DNA of 64,000 bases from an uncultured bacterium (GTDB lineage: Bacteria; Krumholzibacteriota; Krumholzibacteriia; LZORAL124-64-63): assembly GCA_963727525.1 (NCBI GenBank), contig CAVSGO010000005.1:640001-704000 (forward strand). Reading direction: 5' to 3'. Positions 41,762-52,426 of this stretch are shown here, piece after piece. A program made the position numbers and the translations under genes. The notes below the pieces were generated by a model. That model was not told where the DNA came from. It ran no database searches and worked only from the letters and a program-made list of their open reading frames with translations. Numbering within the stretch: the stretch's first letter is position 1; each line of letters opens with the position of its first letter.

Positions 41762-42783
41762 GCGTCACCGCCCTCGCCCCCGACCACCACCGAGGCCTCG
41801 CGTGCGGTCGCCGTGGCCGGCAGATCGAAATAGGTGCGGGCCGTGAAGGTGTCGGCTTCAGGTGTGAGCACGGCGCGCAGCGCCGCCATGGCGACCTCGA
41901 GCTGGCTGTCGTCGGGCTCGTTCGTCGTGATGTGCTGCATCATCAGCCCCGGCCAGATGAAGGGCTTCAGCCACCAGGCCTTGCAGAACTTGCCCGAGAG
42001 CTTGATCGCCTCGTACGCCAGGCCGCCGATCAGCGGCACGTATGCCAGGCGGATCAGCCTGTCCCCCACGGTCTCCGGCTTGCCCAGGAACACGAATACG
42101 ACGATGGAGATGAGCATCACGAAGAACAGGAAGCTGGTGCCGCACCGCGGGTGCAGGGTGGTGAACGGCCGCGCGCCGTTCGCATCGAGGGTGCGTCCGT
42201 TCTCGAAGGCATGGATCGACTTGTGCTCAGCGCCGTGGTACTCGAATACGCGTCCCATGTCCTTGAGCTTGCTCACCAGCAGCAGGTACGCGACGAACAT
42301 CGCCACACGGATCAGTCCGTCGACGATGTTGAACCACACACTGCCCTCCACGCCCAGCCAGTGGGTGAGCATGAGCGGCAGGTAGAAGAACAGTCCCAGG
42401 CTCAGGGCGAAGGCCACGACGATCGTCGTCCACATCATGAGCGTCTCGGTGAATCTGGGCTTGGCCTGCACGCGGTCCTCGCTCGTGGCCTGGTCGGCGG
42501 CGAACATCAGGGCATCGATCCCCAGTCCGATGGTCTCGATCAAGTGGACACCGCCCCGCAGCACCGGGATGTTCAACCACGGCAAGCGACGGATCACGCT
42601 GCGGAAGGGCTTCTTGCGCACGACGATGCGGTCATCGGGCGTCCGCACGGCAATCGCCACGGAGGTAGGACTGCGCATCATGACGCCCTCGATCACGGCC
42701 TGGCCACCCACGGCAAGGTCGAGCTTACGGGCCTCCTCGACGCCGGGCTGCCCGGGCGATGTGCTTGCAGCCTGCTCGTTCAT
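41758..42783 (-). CDS. DUF1385 family membrane protein
   Basis: [27 protein letters not shown]. Confidence 0.93.
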
Positions 42784-42843
42784 GGTTCTCCGTCCTTGAT
42801 TCCCGGGCCGTCAGCGCCCACGCGGAGCGCCCGGTGCGTCGGG

Positions 42844-42884
42844 AACGAAAACGAGGGTGCCAGGCCCACGGCCTGGCACCCTCG
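42844..42884 (-). terminator. Intrinsic terminator after rpmE
   Basis: 15-bp stem cgagggtgccaggcc-cac-ggcctggcaccctcg followed on the minus strand by TTTTCGTT. Confidence 0.8.
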
Positions 42885-42931
42885 GCATGCACTCGGCAAA
42901 GGCGGGTGAGATCCCGCCCCACGCGGGCGGC

Positions 42932-43150
42932 CTACTTCTTGCCGCCGTAATTGACCCCTTCGTACCGCTTGCGGAAACGCTCCACGCGTCCGGCGGTGTC
43001 GACGATCTTCTGCTGCCCCGTGAAGAACGGATGGCAGTTCGAGCAGATCTCGACGTTGATCTTGGGCCGGGTCGAGCGCGTCTTGATCACGTTGCCGCAC
43101 AGGCAGGTGATCTCGCATTCCACGTACTTGGGGTGAATGTCCTTCTTCAT
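42932..43150 (-). CDS. rpmE: 50S ribosomal protein L31 (Zn-binding type)
   Basis: [29 protein letters not shown]. Confidence 0.97.
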   Translation of the reverse strand: MKKDIHPKYVECEITCLCGNVIKTRSTRPKINVEICSNCHPFFTGQQKIVDTAGRVERFRKRYEGVNYGGKK

Positions 43151-43250
43151 CGTTCACGGCCCCTCTTGGCCAAAAAGCTCGGTTGAGGACTGGGCCACAA
43201 AGAAATATAGCACATTTGCAAGAGCAAGGGATTTTTTTGCTCCTGACTCT

Positions 43251-44498
43251 TCAAGTGTTCATGGCCGCCAGGAACTGCTTGTTATCCTTGGTCTTACCAA
43301 GCTTGTCGATCAAGAACTCCATGGCTTCGATCGGGTTGTAGTCGCTCAGGTACTTCCTCAAGACCCAGATCTTGTTGAGGTTCTTCGCGTCGATCAACAG
43401 GTCTTCCTTGCGAGTGCCCGACTTGAAGATGTCCACGGCAGGGTAAACGCGGCGGTCGGCGATCTTCCGATCCAGGACCAGTTCCATGTTGCCCGTACCC
43501 TTGAACTCCTCGAAAATCACCTCGTCCATGCGGCTGCCGGTCTCGATGAGGGCCGTGGCGATGATCGTGAGCGAGCCGCCTTCCTCGATGTTGCGCGCCG
43601 CGCCGAAGAAGCGTTTTGGCTTTTGGAGCGCGTTGGAATCGACTCCGCCGGAGAGGATCTTGCCCGAGTGGGGCACCACGGCGTTGTGGGCGCGGGCCAG
43701 GCGGGTGATCGAGTCGAGCAGGATGACCACATCCTTGCCGCTCTCCACCAGGCGCCGGCTCTTGGCCAGCACCATGTTGGCCACCTGCACGTGCCGCTCG
43801 GCGGGCTCGTCGAAGGTGGAGCTGATGACCTCGCCCTTCACCGAGCGGGCCATGTCCGTGACTTCCTCGGGCCGCTCGTCGATGAGCAGCACGATGAGGT
43901 GGACCTCCGGGTGGTTGGTCGAGACGGCGTTGGCGATCTTCTGGAGGATGATCGTCTTGCCGGCCCGCGGCGGCGACACGATGAGTCCGCGCTGGCCCTT
44001 GCCGATGGGTGCCAGCAGGTTGATGAGGCGCGTGGTGAGGTCGGCGCTCTTGTGCTCGAGATCGATCTGTTCCTGCGGATACAACGGCGTGAGGTTGTCG
44101 AAGAGGGTGACCTTTTTCGCATCCTCGGGATCCATGTAGTTGACCGACTCAACCTTGAGCAGCGCGAAGTACCGTTCGTTCTCCTTGGGCGGCCGCACCT
44201 GTCCGCTGATCGTGTCGCCCGTCTTGAGGTCGAATTTCTTGATCTGCGACGGCGAGAGATAGATATCATCGGGGCCCGGCAGGTAGTTGTACTTGGCGCT
44301 GCGGAGAAAACCATAGCCTTCGGCCAGGACCTGCAACACACCCTCGGCGTAGATGAAGCCGTTCTTCTCCGTCTGTCCCTCGAGAATCTTGAAGATCAGC
44401 TCGCTCTTGCGCAGGGTGCTCACGCCCTCGATGCTCATGCCGCGAGCCACCTCCACCAGCTCGTGGATGTTCATCTCTTGCAAGTCCTTGATATCCAT
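43251..44498 (-). CDS. rho: Transcription termination factor Rho
   Basis: [27 protein letters not shown]. Confidence 0.98.
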   Translation of the reverse strand: MDIKDLQEMNIHELVEVARGMSIEGVSTLRKSELIFKILEGQTEKNGFIYAEGVLQVLAEGYGFLRSAKYNYLPGPDDIYLSPSQIKKFDLKTGDTISGQVRPPKENERYFALLKVESVNYMDPEDAKKVTLFDNLTPLYPQEQIDLEHKSADLTTRLINLLAPIGKGQRGLIVSPPRAGKTIILQKIANAVSTNHPEVHLIVLLIDERPEEVTDMARSVKGEVISSTFDEPAERHVQVANMVLAKSRRLVESGKDVVILLDSITRLARAHNAVVPHSGKILSGGVDSNALQKPKRFFGAARNIEEGGSLTIIATALIETGSRMDEVIFEEFKGTGNMELVLDRKIADRRVYPAVDIFKSGTRKEDLLIDAKNLNKIWVLRKYLSDYNPIEAMEFLIDKLGKTKDNKQFLAAMNT

Positions 44499-44732
44499 CG
44501 ATGCTCCTAGGGTTACCGGGATCTGTGATGATCCGCAAACGTCAGCGCCGGAGCCTGACCGCGAGGACGGCAGCGGCGAAAAGGACGACGAGTTGATTGT
44601 AGCTGGGTTGTCGTGCAGTAATCGCGAGTTTCGGTCAGGCCCGCATACCTGAGATATCGGGCGCTCGGCCCGAGCGAATGCAAGGCTCGTACCAGTCCGA
44701 TCCGGTGCCGTCGCCGGTCACCGGCGCGAAGC

Positions 44733-45936
44733 CTACGAACCGCCAGTCAACTCTCTGTACGTGCTCAAGTTCTGCTCCGCGGCCGCCTGGTCGCCCAGAG
44801 CGACCTGGCACAGAGCCAGGAACTGGAATCCTTGGGCATTGGTAAAATCGAGGCTTGTCAGGGCATTGCCGACCTGGACACCACGTGTGAACTGATCACG
44901 CGCCTGATCCATCAGATTCTGCTTCTCGACGGGGTCGGTGGTGTCCGCGGACTGTTCCTGAAGCTTCTTACCATAGAAATAGTAGGTTTGCAATCGCGCC
45001 AGCAACACCTTCGTGTCCGACGGATTGGCCTCACTTGCGCTGTTGAGCGCCGCGATGGCTTTCTCGAAGTCCTGTGCCTGGGTATACCAGTTTCCGGCGT
45101 CGGCGTAGAGTGCCCCGATCTTCACGTCATTGTCGGCTTCGTCGTCGTTCTCGTAGATCTTCGCGATCTTCACGTTGAGATCAGCAGCCCACTCCAGCTT
45201 CTGCTGCTGCAGGGCGAAACTGACGACATCGGTCAGCAGGTTCGCATCGTCGCCATGAGTCCTTCAGCAGGTCGGTGTAGATCGACTCCGCCTCGTCGAG
45301 CCTGCCCAGATATGTCAATACGTAAGCCTTGTCCTGCAGGAGCGGATACTCGTCCGGCCGGGTTTCGAGCACCTGGTTGAGCAGGTCGAGCGCGTCGGTC
45401 ATGAGCACCTTGGCAGAGTCGGGCGGCGCCTTGCTCGCCATCGCCATCTTCATGTTGGCGATGTTCTGGATCGGCGTCGCCGAGTCCGGCAGCGCGGCAA
45501 AGGCGAGGCGGTAGAAGCCCTCCGCCTGCTCGTAGTTCTCGCCGCGCCACATGAGGTCGCCGTCGCGTTTGCGGTTCTCGTAGTTGATCTGCAGCGACTC
45601 GTTGACCTGCTCGGTCATGTCTTTCGGGTCCATCTCCTCGGCCGTCTTGTACTTGAGGTATGCGCTCTCGTAGCTGTGCTTGGCCTTGAGATACTCGTTG
45701 TTCTGGATCGCCTTCTCCGCCATGCGGCTGTAGGCCTCGCCCTGCCAGTAGTAGGCCTCGGGATCGTTGGGCGTGTACTGCAAACCCTCGTCGATCACGT
45801 CGATCGCCTTCTGGTAGTTCTGATCGTCGATGTACAGGATCGCGCTGGTGGTGTGGGCCGAGCGGCACCCGGCAAGGCCGATGAGCAAGAGCGACGCGGC
45901 CAGGAGCGTCATCGCGATCAGACGGACCTTCGTCAT
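44733..45936 (-). CDS. TPR lipoprotein, split by a one-base insertion near 45261
   Basis: Lipobox LAGC; TPR helices; removing one base joins the two ORFs as LLK-THGDDANLLTDVV..LNVKIAKIY. Confidence 0.75.
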
Positions 45937-46117
45937 CAGAAACTCCCCTTCGGGATCACCCGGACAAGGTAAGAACGCAGAGCAGATGATCCTGGACTGG
46001 GTGGGGATTCGTTGTCGACACCCCGCGAAGGCTGGTTCGACCGGGGCACGAGCACCCCCGCAAACTGTGAGAATATAAAGGCCCTGGCGCCCCTGCTGTC
46101 AAGATCCGAGACCATCG

Positions 46118-46697
46118 TCAGGGGGCGCGCCGGCCATGGTGAGGCGCGTGCTCGCCTCGGGGGTGCCCCGGCGGGCCGCCCTCGCCGCCTCCGGGTACGC
46201 CCCACGGCATGAGCCGCTGGTAGCGCTCGCGCTGCTCTGGCGTGAGCACCTGGACCTCCCGCATCATGGTCTCCACCACCACCGAATCGAGTCCCGCCTG
46301 CAGGGCGCTAAGGCGCCTCTGCCCCGCCATCACGGCATCGTGGTCGATCGTACCCGGCCATGTACGCGTCGCGCAACGCTCGTCGCTGCTGCGTGATGGA
46401 AGTACGGCGCGACACGAACGCATCGGCCGCCTTGCTGTGGATCTCGGCGAAGGCCTCCTGCTGCGCAGGCGTGAGATCGAGATCCCGCGTCAAGCGCGCG
46501 AGCCGCCGGTGGGCCATCTGCCGCGGGTCGGGGCCTACCTCGCCGGATTCGCCCCCCTCGGGCCCCGGGCCGGGCGGAACGAATCCCGGTTCCATGGCAG
46601 GGGGCGCCGGAGCCGCGCCGCGATGGGCGACCCGCCAGGCGAGCCCGAGATTCAGGCCCAGGGAGAGCAGGAGGACGACCAGCAAGCCGCGTTTCAC
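46118..46697 (-). CDS. Periplasmic heavy-metal sensor / Spy-CpxP-like protein, split by a one-base insertion near 46354
   Basis: LLLSLGLNLG, LDLTPAQ, then LTPEQR in the next frame; GTG start overlaps the anti-sigma stop. Confidence 0.75.
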
Positions 46698-47143
46698 GAA
46701 CCCACCTCCGTGGTGCCGGTCGCCGTGCCGGCGGACCACCAGATCTCATCGAGGGGCGTGACATCCTGCAGGTAGGCATCATTGTCGCTGGACATGGTCG
46801 CCACCGCATTCGTCGCGCGGGGATTGCCTTGCTCCAGCACGCGGTCGAGCTGGAGGCCGAGCAGCAGTCCGGCCACGACGGCCGCCGTCGCCAGGCCGGC
46901 GCGCATCCAGACGAACCGCGCCCGCGGACGCCGCGTGGCGAGACGCGCGGACACCTCAGGCCAGAGCGGGCGCTTTAGCAGGGGCGCGGCACCGGCCGCC
47001 AGCGCAGCCCAGGTCCGCTCCAGCGCGGCAAGCTCGTCGCGGCATGCCTGGCACGCCTGGAGATGATCGTGCACCCTACGCGCCTGGGCGGGGGCCAGTT
47101 CCCCATCGAGATACGCTTGCAGACGGGACGTCTCGTGTGTCAT
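46694..47143 (-). CDS. Zinc-finger (ZAS) anti-sigma factor
   Basis: YLDGEL..HLQACQAC plus one TM helix. Confidence 0.88.
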   Translation of the reverse strand: MTHETSRLQAYLDGELAPAQARRVHDHLQACQACRDELAALERTWAALAAGAAPLLKRPLWPEVSARLATRRPRARFVWMRAGLATAAVVAGLLLGLQLDRVLEQGNPRATNAVATMSSDNDAYLQDVTPLDEIWWSAGTATGTTEVGS

Positions 47144-47703
47144 GCCTCATTCCTTCCGCCGGCCACGACCAGCGAGCCGAGGTCGTGGCGCAGACTCGCC
47201 GATGCCCGCTGCAGAAGCGATTCCACAGCCGGCACCGTGGTCGCGAGAGCGTCGGCGATCTCCTGGTAGCTCATCTCCTGATACCGACGCATGACCACCG
47301 CCTCGCGCTGACGTTCGGGGAGTCTCGCGATCGCCTCCTGGACGCGGGCTATCGTCTCGGCGCGCTCCAGGCTCTGCAGCGGATCGTCGTCCCGGCCGGC
47401 TCGGTCGTGCCGCACCGGGTCGAAGCTGATCCAGCCAATGATCTTGCGTCGCCGCAAGGCACTGCGCGCCCGGTTGCCCGCGATGCGCATGAGCCAGCTC
47501 CGAAACTTGCCGTGCCCCTCGTAGCGCCTCGCTTGCTCGTGCACCTTCACGAACACGTCCTGCGCGAGATCCTCGGCCTCCTCGGGCGACCGCAGCATGT
47601 GGACGAGGAACGCGTACACCGGTTGCTGCCAGCGCTGGACGAGGACGCGCAGCGCGTCCTCGTCCCCCATGGCGATCCGTTGCATCAGGGCATCGTCGTC
47701 CAC
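47140..47703 (-). CDS. ECF RNA polymerase sigma factor
   Basis: EAEDLAQDVF, FRSWLMRIA, LPERQREAV..SYQEIA; start GTG 47703 or 47715. Confidence 0.93.
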   Translation of the reverse strand: MDDDALMQRIAMGDEDALRVLVQRWQQPVYAFLVHMLRSPEEAEDLAQDVFVKVHEQARRYEGHGKFRSWLMRIAGNRARSALRRRKIIGWISFDPVRHDRAGRDDDPLQSLERAETIARVQEAIARLPERQREAVVMRRYQEMSYQEIADALATTVPAVESLLQRASASLRHDLGSLVVAGGRNEA

Positions 47704-47721
47704 GCACAAAACCACTCCGGA

Positions 47722-48285
47722 CTAGCTGTCCCGCTTGTCCTTGCCCATCCGCGGCGCGCGGCCGGCGCGGGCGCAGTGCCCACCACGACGTCCATGCCCC
47801 GGACCATCACCGCGCATCAGCAGCATCTGGTCGCGCTGCTCGGGCGTCAACTGCTTGCGGATCGCCAGCTGCGCCTTGACGCGGTTGGTCTGGATATCCG
47901 TGCGCACCTGCCCGATCTTCGCCACCAGCTTGGTCACGGCGTCGTCGTTCGGGTTGTCCTTGAGCATCTCGCCACGCAGGTCGTTCTCGAGCTGCATGAT
48001 CTGCTTGCGCAGCGGCAGATTCTTCTCCTGGGCGTCGTTGCGGATGCCCTCGATCGCCGACTTCTGGTCGTCGCCCAGGTCGAGGCGCCCGACCATGCGG
48101 TCCCAGCCCGCGCCGGGTCCGCCCTGACCACCGCGCATCCCGGGGCCGTCGGGCATCGAGCAGGTGGCGGGGCAAGGGAGCGCCCCCGCGCCCGGGCCCG
48201 GCTGGGCCCAGGCGGTAGCGCCGGCGCCGGCGACCAGCATGGCGCCGAGCATGATCAGGGGCAGCGAATGCTTCGTATTTCTCAT
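47722..48285 (-). CDS. Spy/CpxP family periplasmic chaperone
   Basis: Signal peptide, Gly/Met-rich linker, LDLGDDQ..LTPEQR; GAGGAG RBS. Confidence 0.85.
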   Translation of the reverse strand: MRNTKHSLPLIMLGAMLVAGAGATAWAQPGPGAGALPCPATCSMPDGPGMRGGQGGPGAGWDRMVGRLDLGDDQKSAIEGIRNDAQEKNLPLRKQIMQLENDLRGEMLKDNPNDDAVTKLVAKIGQVRTDIQTNRVKAQLAIRKQLTPEQRDQMLLMRGDGPGHGRRGGHCARAGRAPRMGKDKRDS

Positions 48286-48439
48286 GGCGGGTTCTCCTCG
48301 GTTCGTTCCGGTCATCGTACGTGAAGATCTCTGCGGTTCGCGCGTTCCACTAGGTACTCCACCCAACCCTTGCCCGCGGGAATACCAGCGCACGAATATC
48401 GGGTCGAACATGAGTGGAATCTGCGGGAACTATCCGGGC

Positions 48440-50437
48440 CTATCTGGACCGGATCAGCCGCTCGAGATTCGCCCGCAGATTCGGGTCGTCGGGCCAGCGC
48501 CGCAGGCCCTCGCGCAGCGTGTCGACGGCGGCCTCCGGCTGCCCGCTGCCAGCCAGAGCGACGCCCAGATCCAGCGCCGCACGCGGATCGTCCGGCACCT
48601 CGGCCTGGAACTGCCGCGCGGCCGCGACAGCCTCGCTCCAGCGGCCCGTGCGCCCCATCAGCACCACGCGATTGTGCAGCATATCCGCATCGCCCGGATC
48701 GTCGCGAAGGTACACCGCGATCTGGGCCTCCGCGTCGCCGAGGCGCCGCTCGGCGAGCAGGAGTTCGACGAGCTGGCGCTGGAGCGGTAGCGGGGCGTCC
48801 ACCCGGCGCACGCCCTCGGCGAGGGCGGCCACGGCTGCGTCGATGTCGCCCTTTTCGGCGAGCGCCCGACCGAGTCCGGCGTAGGGGCCATCGTCACGCG
48901 GCTCGGCCGCGGCGGCCTCGCGGTACAGCGCGACCGCCCGCGCGAGCGCCGGCTCGCGCCCGGCGGGTGCAGTCGGTGCCCAGCGCTCCCAGCGCTGCGC
49001 CTCATTCGACCACGATCGCACGCGCCACCGTTGTTGCGCATCACCCAGACCCCACGGCCAGACCGCGACGAGCAGCGCGACGACCCCGGTTCCCGGTCCC
49101 AGAAGGACGCGCCAGCGCCGCTGCGCCAGGGCTGGCGCGAGGCTCCGCGCGCCGAGTCCCGCCAGCACGGCCAGGGCCGGCACGAGAACGAGCCGGTACC
49201 GCGATACCACGAAGACGAGGCTTTGCGTCGCGATCAACAGGACCAACGCGCCGGCCCAGAGTGCGGCCACGGCGTGGTCGGACGCCGTGTCGGGAGCAAC
49301 CGGCACCGTGCGCCGCCAGGCCAGCCAGCCGCCGACCAGTCCGAGGGCGACGAGCAGTCCGTACGGCACCACCAGCGCGCGCAACACCGGCACCTCGCGA
49401 GGCCAGGCCGCGAGGGGTGTGACCTGCGCAATCTCCCAACCCTGCAGATGAAGCCAGACCCTGCGAAACCACAGGACGACGAAATGACCCGGGCGCGCGG
49501 CCACGGATCGCCCGACCTGGTCCAGCCACAGCCTGTCAGCCTCGGCGGCGTCGGGGACCGCGTGTCCGGTACGGGCCGCGAGGAACTCGCGGCCCGCGGG
49601 GTCGTGCTCGAGGTCGAGCCCGCGGGGCGTGGTGAAGAGCCCCCGCGCCTGCGGCCCGTTGCCGAGGAAGAGATTCACGCCGCCGTTGAGCACGGGTGGC
49701 GTGAGCCGGCCGCTGAGCCGGGAGTTGTGCCAGACCGCCGGGATCAACGGCACGAGGCAGCCGAGCACGAGGGCCGCGCAGAGCGCCGCACGCCGGCTGC
49801 GGCTCGCGCGCCAGATCACGACGAGCCCGGGCACCAGCAGCACGATCACGTGGGCCCGCAGTAGCACGGCCAGCCCGAGCACCACCCCCGTGCCCACCGC
49901 GGCGAGGACGGGGCGCATCGGCACGCGAGCGAGCCAGCGGGTGACCAGCGCCAGGTAGGCCGTGACCGCGAGCGTGAGGGGGATCTCCAGCAGGATTGTG
50001 CGGGCGAAGATGGCGGCCGGCCGGTAGAACCAGAATAGCAGCGCCGCCAACGCGGCGATCGCCAGGGTTGGCCGATCCGGCGTGCCGGCATCGCGGCCCC
50101 GCACGACCCCGGCGATGATCCCACCGATGGTAACCCACGCGAGCGCCTGGAAGACCAGCAGCGCCCACGGCTGCCGACCGGCGAGCACGCCATCCGCGAG
50201 GGCACGGCCCCCGCTCAGCACCGCCACGAGCGCGGTGTAGAGTGGGGACATGATGAACGCGCGCGAGCCGTAGTCGCCGGCGGCGAGATGCCGGGCGTCG
50301 CGCAGGTACCAGGCCTCATCGAGAACCGGGACGCGGGTCAGCACCGAATCGACAGTCTCGTGCCAGTAGACGCCCCAGAACACCACCACCACGAGGGCGC
50401 CGATCGCGACGAGCAGAATCCGTCGCCGTCTCGTCAT
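48440..50437 (-). CDS. Polytopic membrane glycosyltransferase (GT-C/GT39-like) with C-terminal TPRs
   Basis: PVLDEAWY, GGVNLFLGN, VFVVSRYRL, many TM helices, TPR tail. Confidence 0.75.
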   Translation of the reverse strand: MTRRRRILLVAIGALVVVVFWGVYWHETVDSVLTRVPVLDEAWYLRDARHLAAGDYGSRAFIMSPLYTALVAVLSGGRALADGVLAGRQPWALLVFQALAWVTIGGIIAGVVRGRDAGTPDRPTLAIAALAALLFWFYRPAAIFARTILLEIPLTLAVTAYLALVTRWLARVPMRPVLAAVGTGVVLGLAVLLRAHVIVLLVPGLVVIWRASRSRRAALCAALVLGCLVPLIPAVWHNSRLSGRLTPPVLNGGVNLFLGNGPQARGLFTTPRGLDLEHDPAGREFLAARTGHAVPDAAEADRLWLDQVGRSVAARPGHFVVLWFRRVWLHLQGWEIAQVTPLAAWPREVPVLRALVVPYGLLVALGLVGGWLAWRRTVPVAPDTASDHAVAALWAGALVLLIATQSLVFVVSRYRLVLVPALAVLAGLGARSLAPALAQRRWRVLLGPGTGVVALLVAVWPWGLGDAQQRWRVRSWSNEAQRWERWAPTAPAGREPALARAVALYREAAAAEPRDDGPYAGLGRALAEKGDIDAAVAALAEGVRRVDAPLPLQRQLVELLLAERRLGDAEAQIAVYLRDDPGDADMLHNRVVLMGRTGRWSEAVAAARQFQAEVPDDPRAALDLGVALAGSGQPEAAVDTLREGLRRWPDDPNLRANLERLIRSR

Positions 50438-50472
50438 TCCCCACCGTCTCACCCTCGGTGCGTTCGGGTCGG

Positions 50473-51528
50473 TCACACGCTGAACCGGATCTCCAGGATA
50501 TCGCCGTCCTGGACGACGTAGCCCTTGCCCTCGAGGCGCACCTTGTGGACGGCCTTCGCGGCGGCGTGGCTGCCCGCGGCCACGAGATCGTCGTAGGCGC
50601 AAACCTCGGCGCGGATGAAGCCACGCTCGAGGTCGGAATGGATGACACCGGCCGCGGTGGGCGCCAGAGCGCCGCGGCGCACGGTCCACGCGCGGCACTC
50701 GTCGGGTCCTACCGTGAAGAAGCTCTGCAGATCGAGCGCACCGTAGGCCGCCCGGATCATGCGGTGCGACGCCGGCTCCGTGACGCCGAGAGCCTCGAGG
50801 AACTCGCCGGCCTCCTCGGGCGTCAGCGCCGCCAGTTCCTCCTCCACGCCGGCACATAGCGGTACGACTTCGGCGCCCGCGGCGCGCGCCGCGGCCTGCA
50901 CCGTGTCGTCCGGCGCCTCGCCCTCGGCGTGGTTGAGTACGACGATGAGCGGCTTGAGCGTGAGGAACGAGTAGCCGGAGATGATACGGGCGTCGTCGGC
51001 GCTGAATGTCAGCTCGCGCAGGGGGCGCTCCGACTCGAGCTGCGTGCGCAGCCTTTCGAAGAGTTCGGGCTCGACCGGACTCGCAGCCTTGCCCTTGATC
51101 TGCTTCTCCCGCACGAGCCGTTGCAGCCGGTTCTCCACGATCTGCAGGTCGGCGAGGATCAGTTCCAGCGCGAGGGTCGTGAGCTCGCCCGCCGGGTCGG
51201 CATCGCCGTAGCCACTGTCGAAGCAGCGTACGACCTGGGCCAGCGCGTCCACCTTGCGCGCGTGCTCAAGGAACCGCGTGGCCTCACGGCCCCCGTCCGC
51301 ACTCTGGCCGGGACTGAAACCGGGCACGTCCACCCATTCCACCTGCGCGTGGATCGTGCGCTTCGGATTGTACATGGCGGCCAGGGTGTCGAGGCGCGGG
51401 TCGGGCACCTTGCCCACGGCGCGGTGAGGGTCGACGCCGCCCTGACCCGTGGCGACCGAGGCTCCGGTGATGACGTTGAACAGCGTGGTCTTGCCCGTGA
51501 ACTTCAGACCGACGATCCCGACTTCCAA
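50473..51528 (-). CDS. ychF: Redox-regulated ATPase YchF
   Basis: GIVG..GKTT, VPDPRL, FFTVG, AGVIHSD, RLEGKGYVVQDGD; TTG start with GAGGAGG. Confidence 0.93.
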   Translation of the reverse strand: MEVGIVGLKFTGKTTLFNVITGASVATGQGGVDPHRAVGKVPDPRLDTLAAMYNPKRTIHAQVEWVDVPGFSPGQSADGGREATRFLEHARKVDALAQVVRCFDSGYGDADPAGELTTLALELILADLQIVENRLQRLVREKQIKGKAASPVEPELFERLRTQLESERPLRELTFSADDARIISGYSFLTLKPLIVVLNHAEGEAPDDTVQAAARAAGAEVVPLCAGVEEELAALTPEEAGEFLEALGVTEPASHRMIRAAYGALDLQSFFTVGPDECRAWTVRRGALAPTAAGVIHSDLERGFIRAEVCAYDDLVAAGSHAAAKAVHKVRLEGKGYVVQDGDILEIRFSV

Positions 51529-51607
51529 GTCTGGCTCCTCCTCGTTGCCGATGCGGCAGGTCTCTCGCTCATGCGGGCCCAACCATCGGCTACCAGGTCG
51601 GCCGTCG

Positions 51608-52039
51608 TCAAGGCTGCGGCGGAGGAAGCTCGCGATCGTAAAAAGCCGACCAGTCCGACCACGGGCCCTGGCGGCCCTGACCGTCGACGGCCATGACCCG
51701 AGCCCGGTAGCGGTGCATGTACTCGACGCCCGGGAATTCGTAGGTCTGGATCGAACCGGGAACGGCCTGAACCGGCGTGATCTCGTCGTACGTCCCGTCG
51801 ATGTCCTGGATCTGGACGTTGTACGAGACGGGAGTCGATCCCGAGCTCGGGAGCCCCCAGTGCAGCGTCACGGGTCCGGCATCCTGAGCGCTGGCGGACG
51901 CAACGAACGAGAGTCCGGAAGCGACCACGAGTCCCGCCGCGACCATGAGTCGCGCGATGCCCACGAGTTTCTCGGCGAACTCGACTGCGCCGAAACGGAC
52001 GCCGCCGGCACGTGTGCTTGTGGTGGTGTCGATAGTCAT
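51608..52039 (-). CDS. Secreted single fibronectin type III domain protein
   Basis: Signal peptide; VTLHW..YNVQ..YRARVMAVD..GPWS; start uncertain. Confidence 0.7.
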   Translation of the reverse strand: MTIDTTTSTRAGGVRFGAVEFAEKLVGIARLMVAAGLVVASGLSFVASASAQDAGPVTLHWGLPSSGSTPVSYNVQIQDIDGTYDEITPVQAVPGSIQTYEFPGVEYMHRYRARVMAVDGQGRQGPWSDWSAFYDRELPPPQP

Positions 52040-52426
52040 GTCTACGTGAATCCTCTATGGCCAAAGGTGACATGCGGCGGGACCGACACGTGTCCTGGAT
52101 TTGAATCTACCCTCCATGACTCCCGAATGCAAATGAGACGATCGGGGGGCCGCGAAGAACGGAGGGAACAATTTTTTCGCCTATTTTATGTCATATTATA
52201 ATATTATTTATTACATAATGGCGCCCACGTATCATCTCTAAAAATAAGTCGTTCCCGCACAGCCACTTGGACAGCCGCTGATGGCTCCAGTTCATGAAAT
52301 CGAATAATTCCTGCAATCTTATTGGACTTGCTAGCGGGAAACCCGTATCTCTTTCCTTTGAAGTTTTCTGCATGCCCTCACCGGGTACGGTGAGAACTCC
52401 CGACGGTCTACGAGGAGTCAATAGAT

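Noticed and set aside
45173-45185. Selenocysteine UGA readthrough at the GC-TGA end of the TPR ORF
   Set aside because: The downstream half is in a different frame; a frameshift near 45261 explains the break
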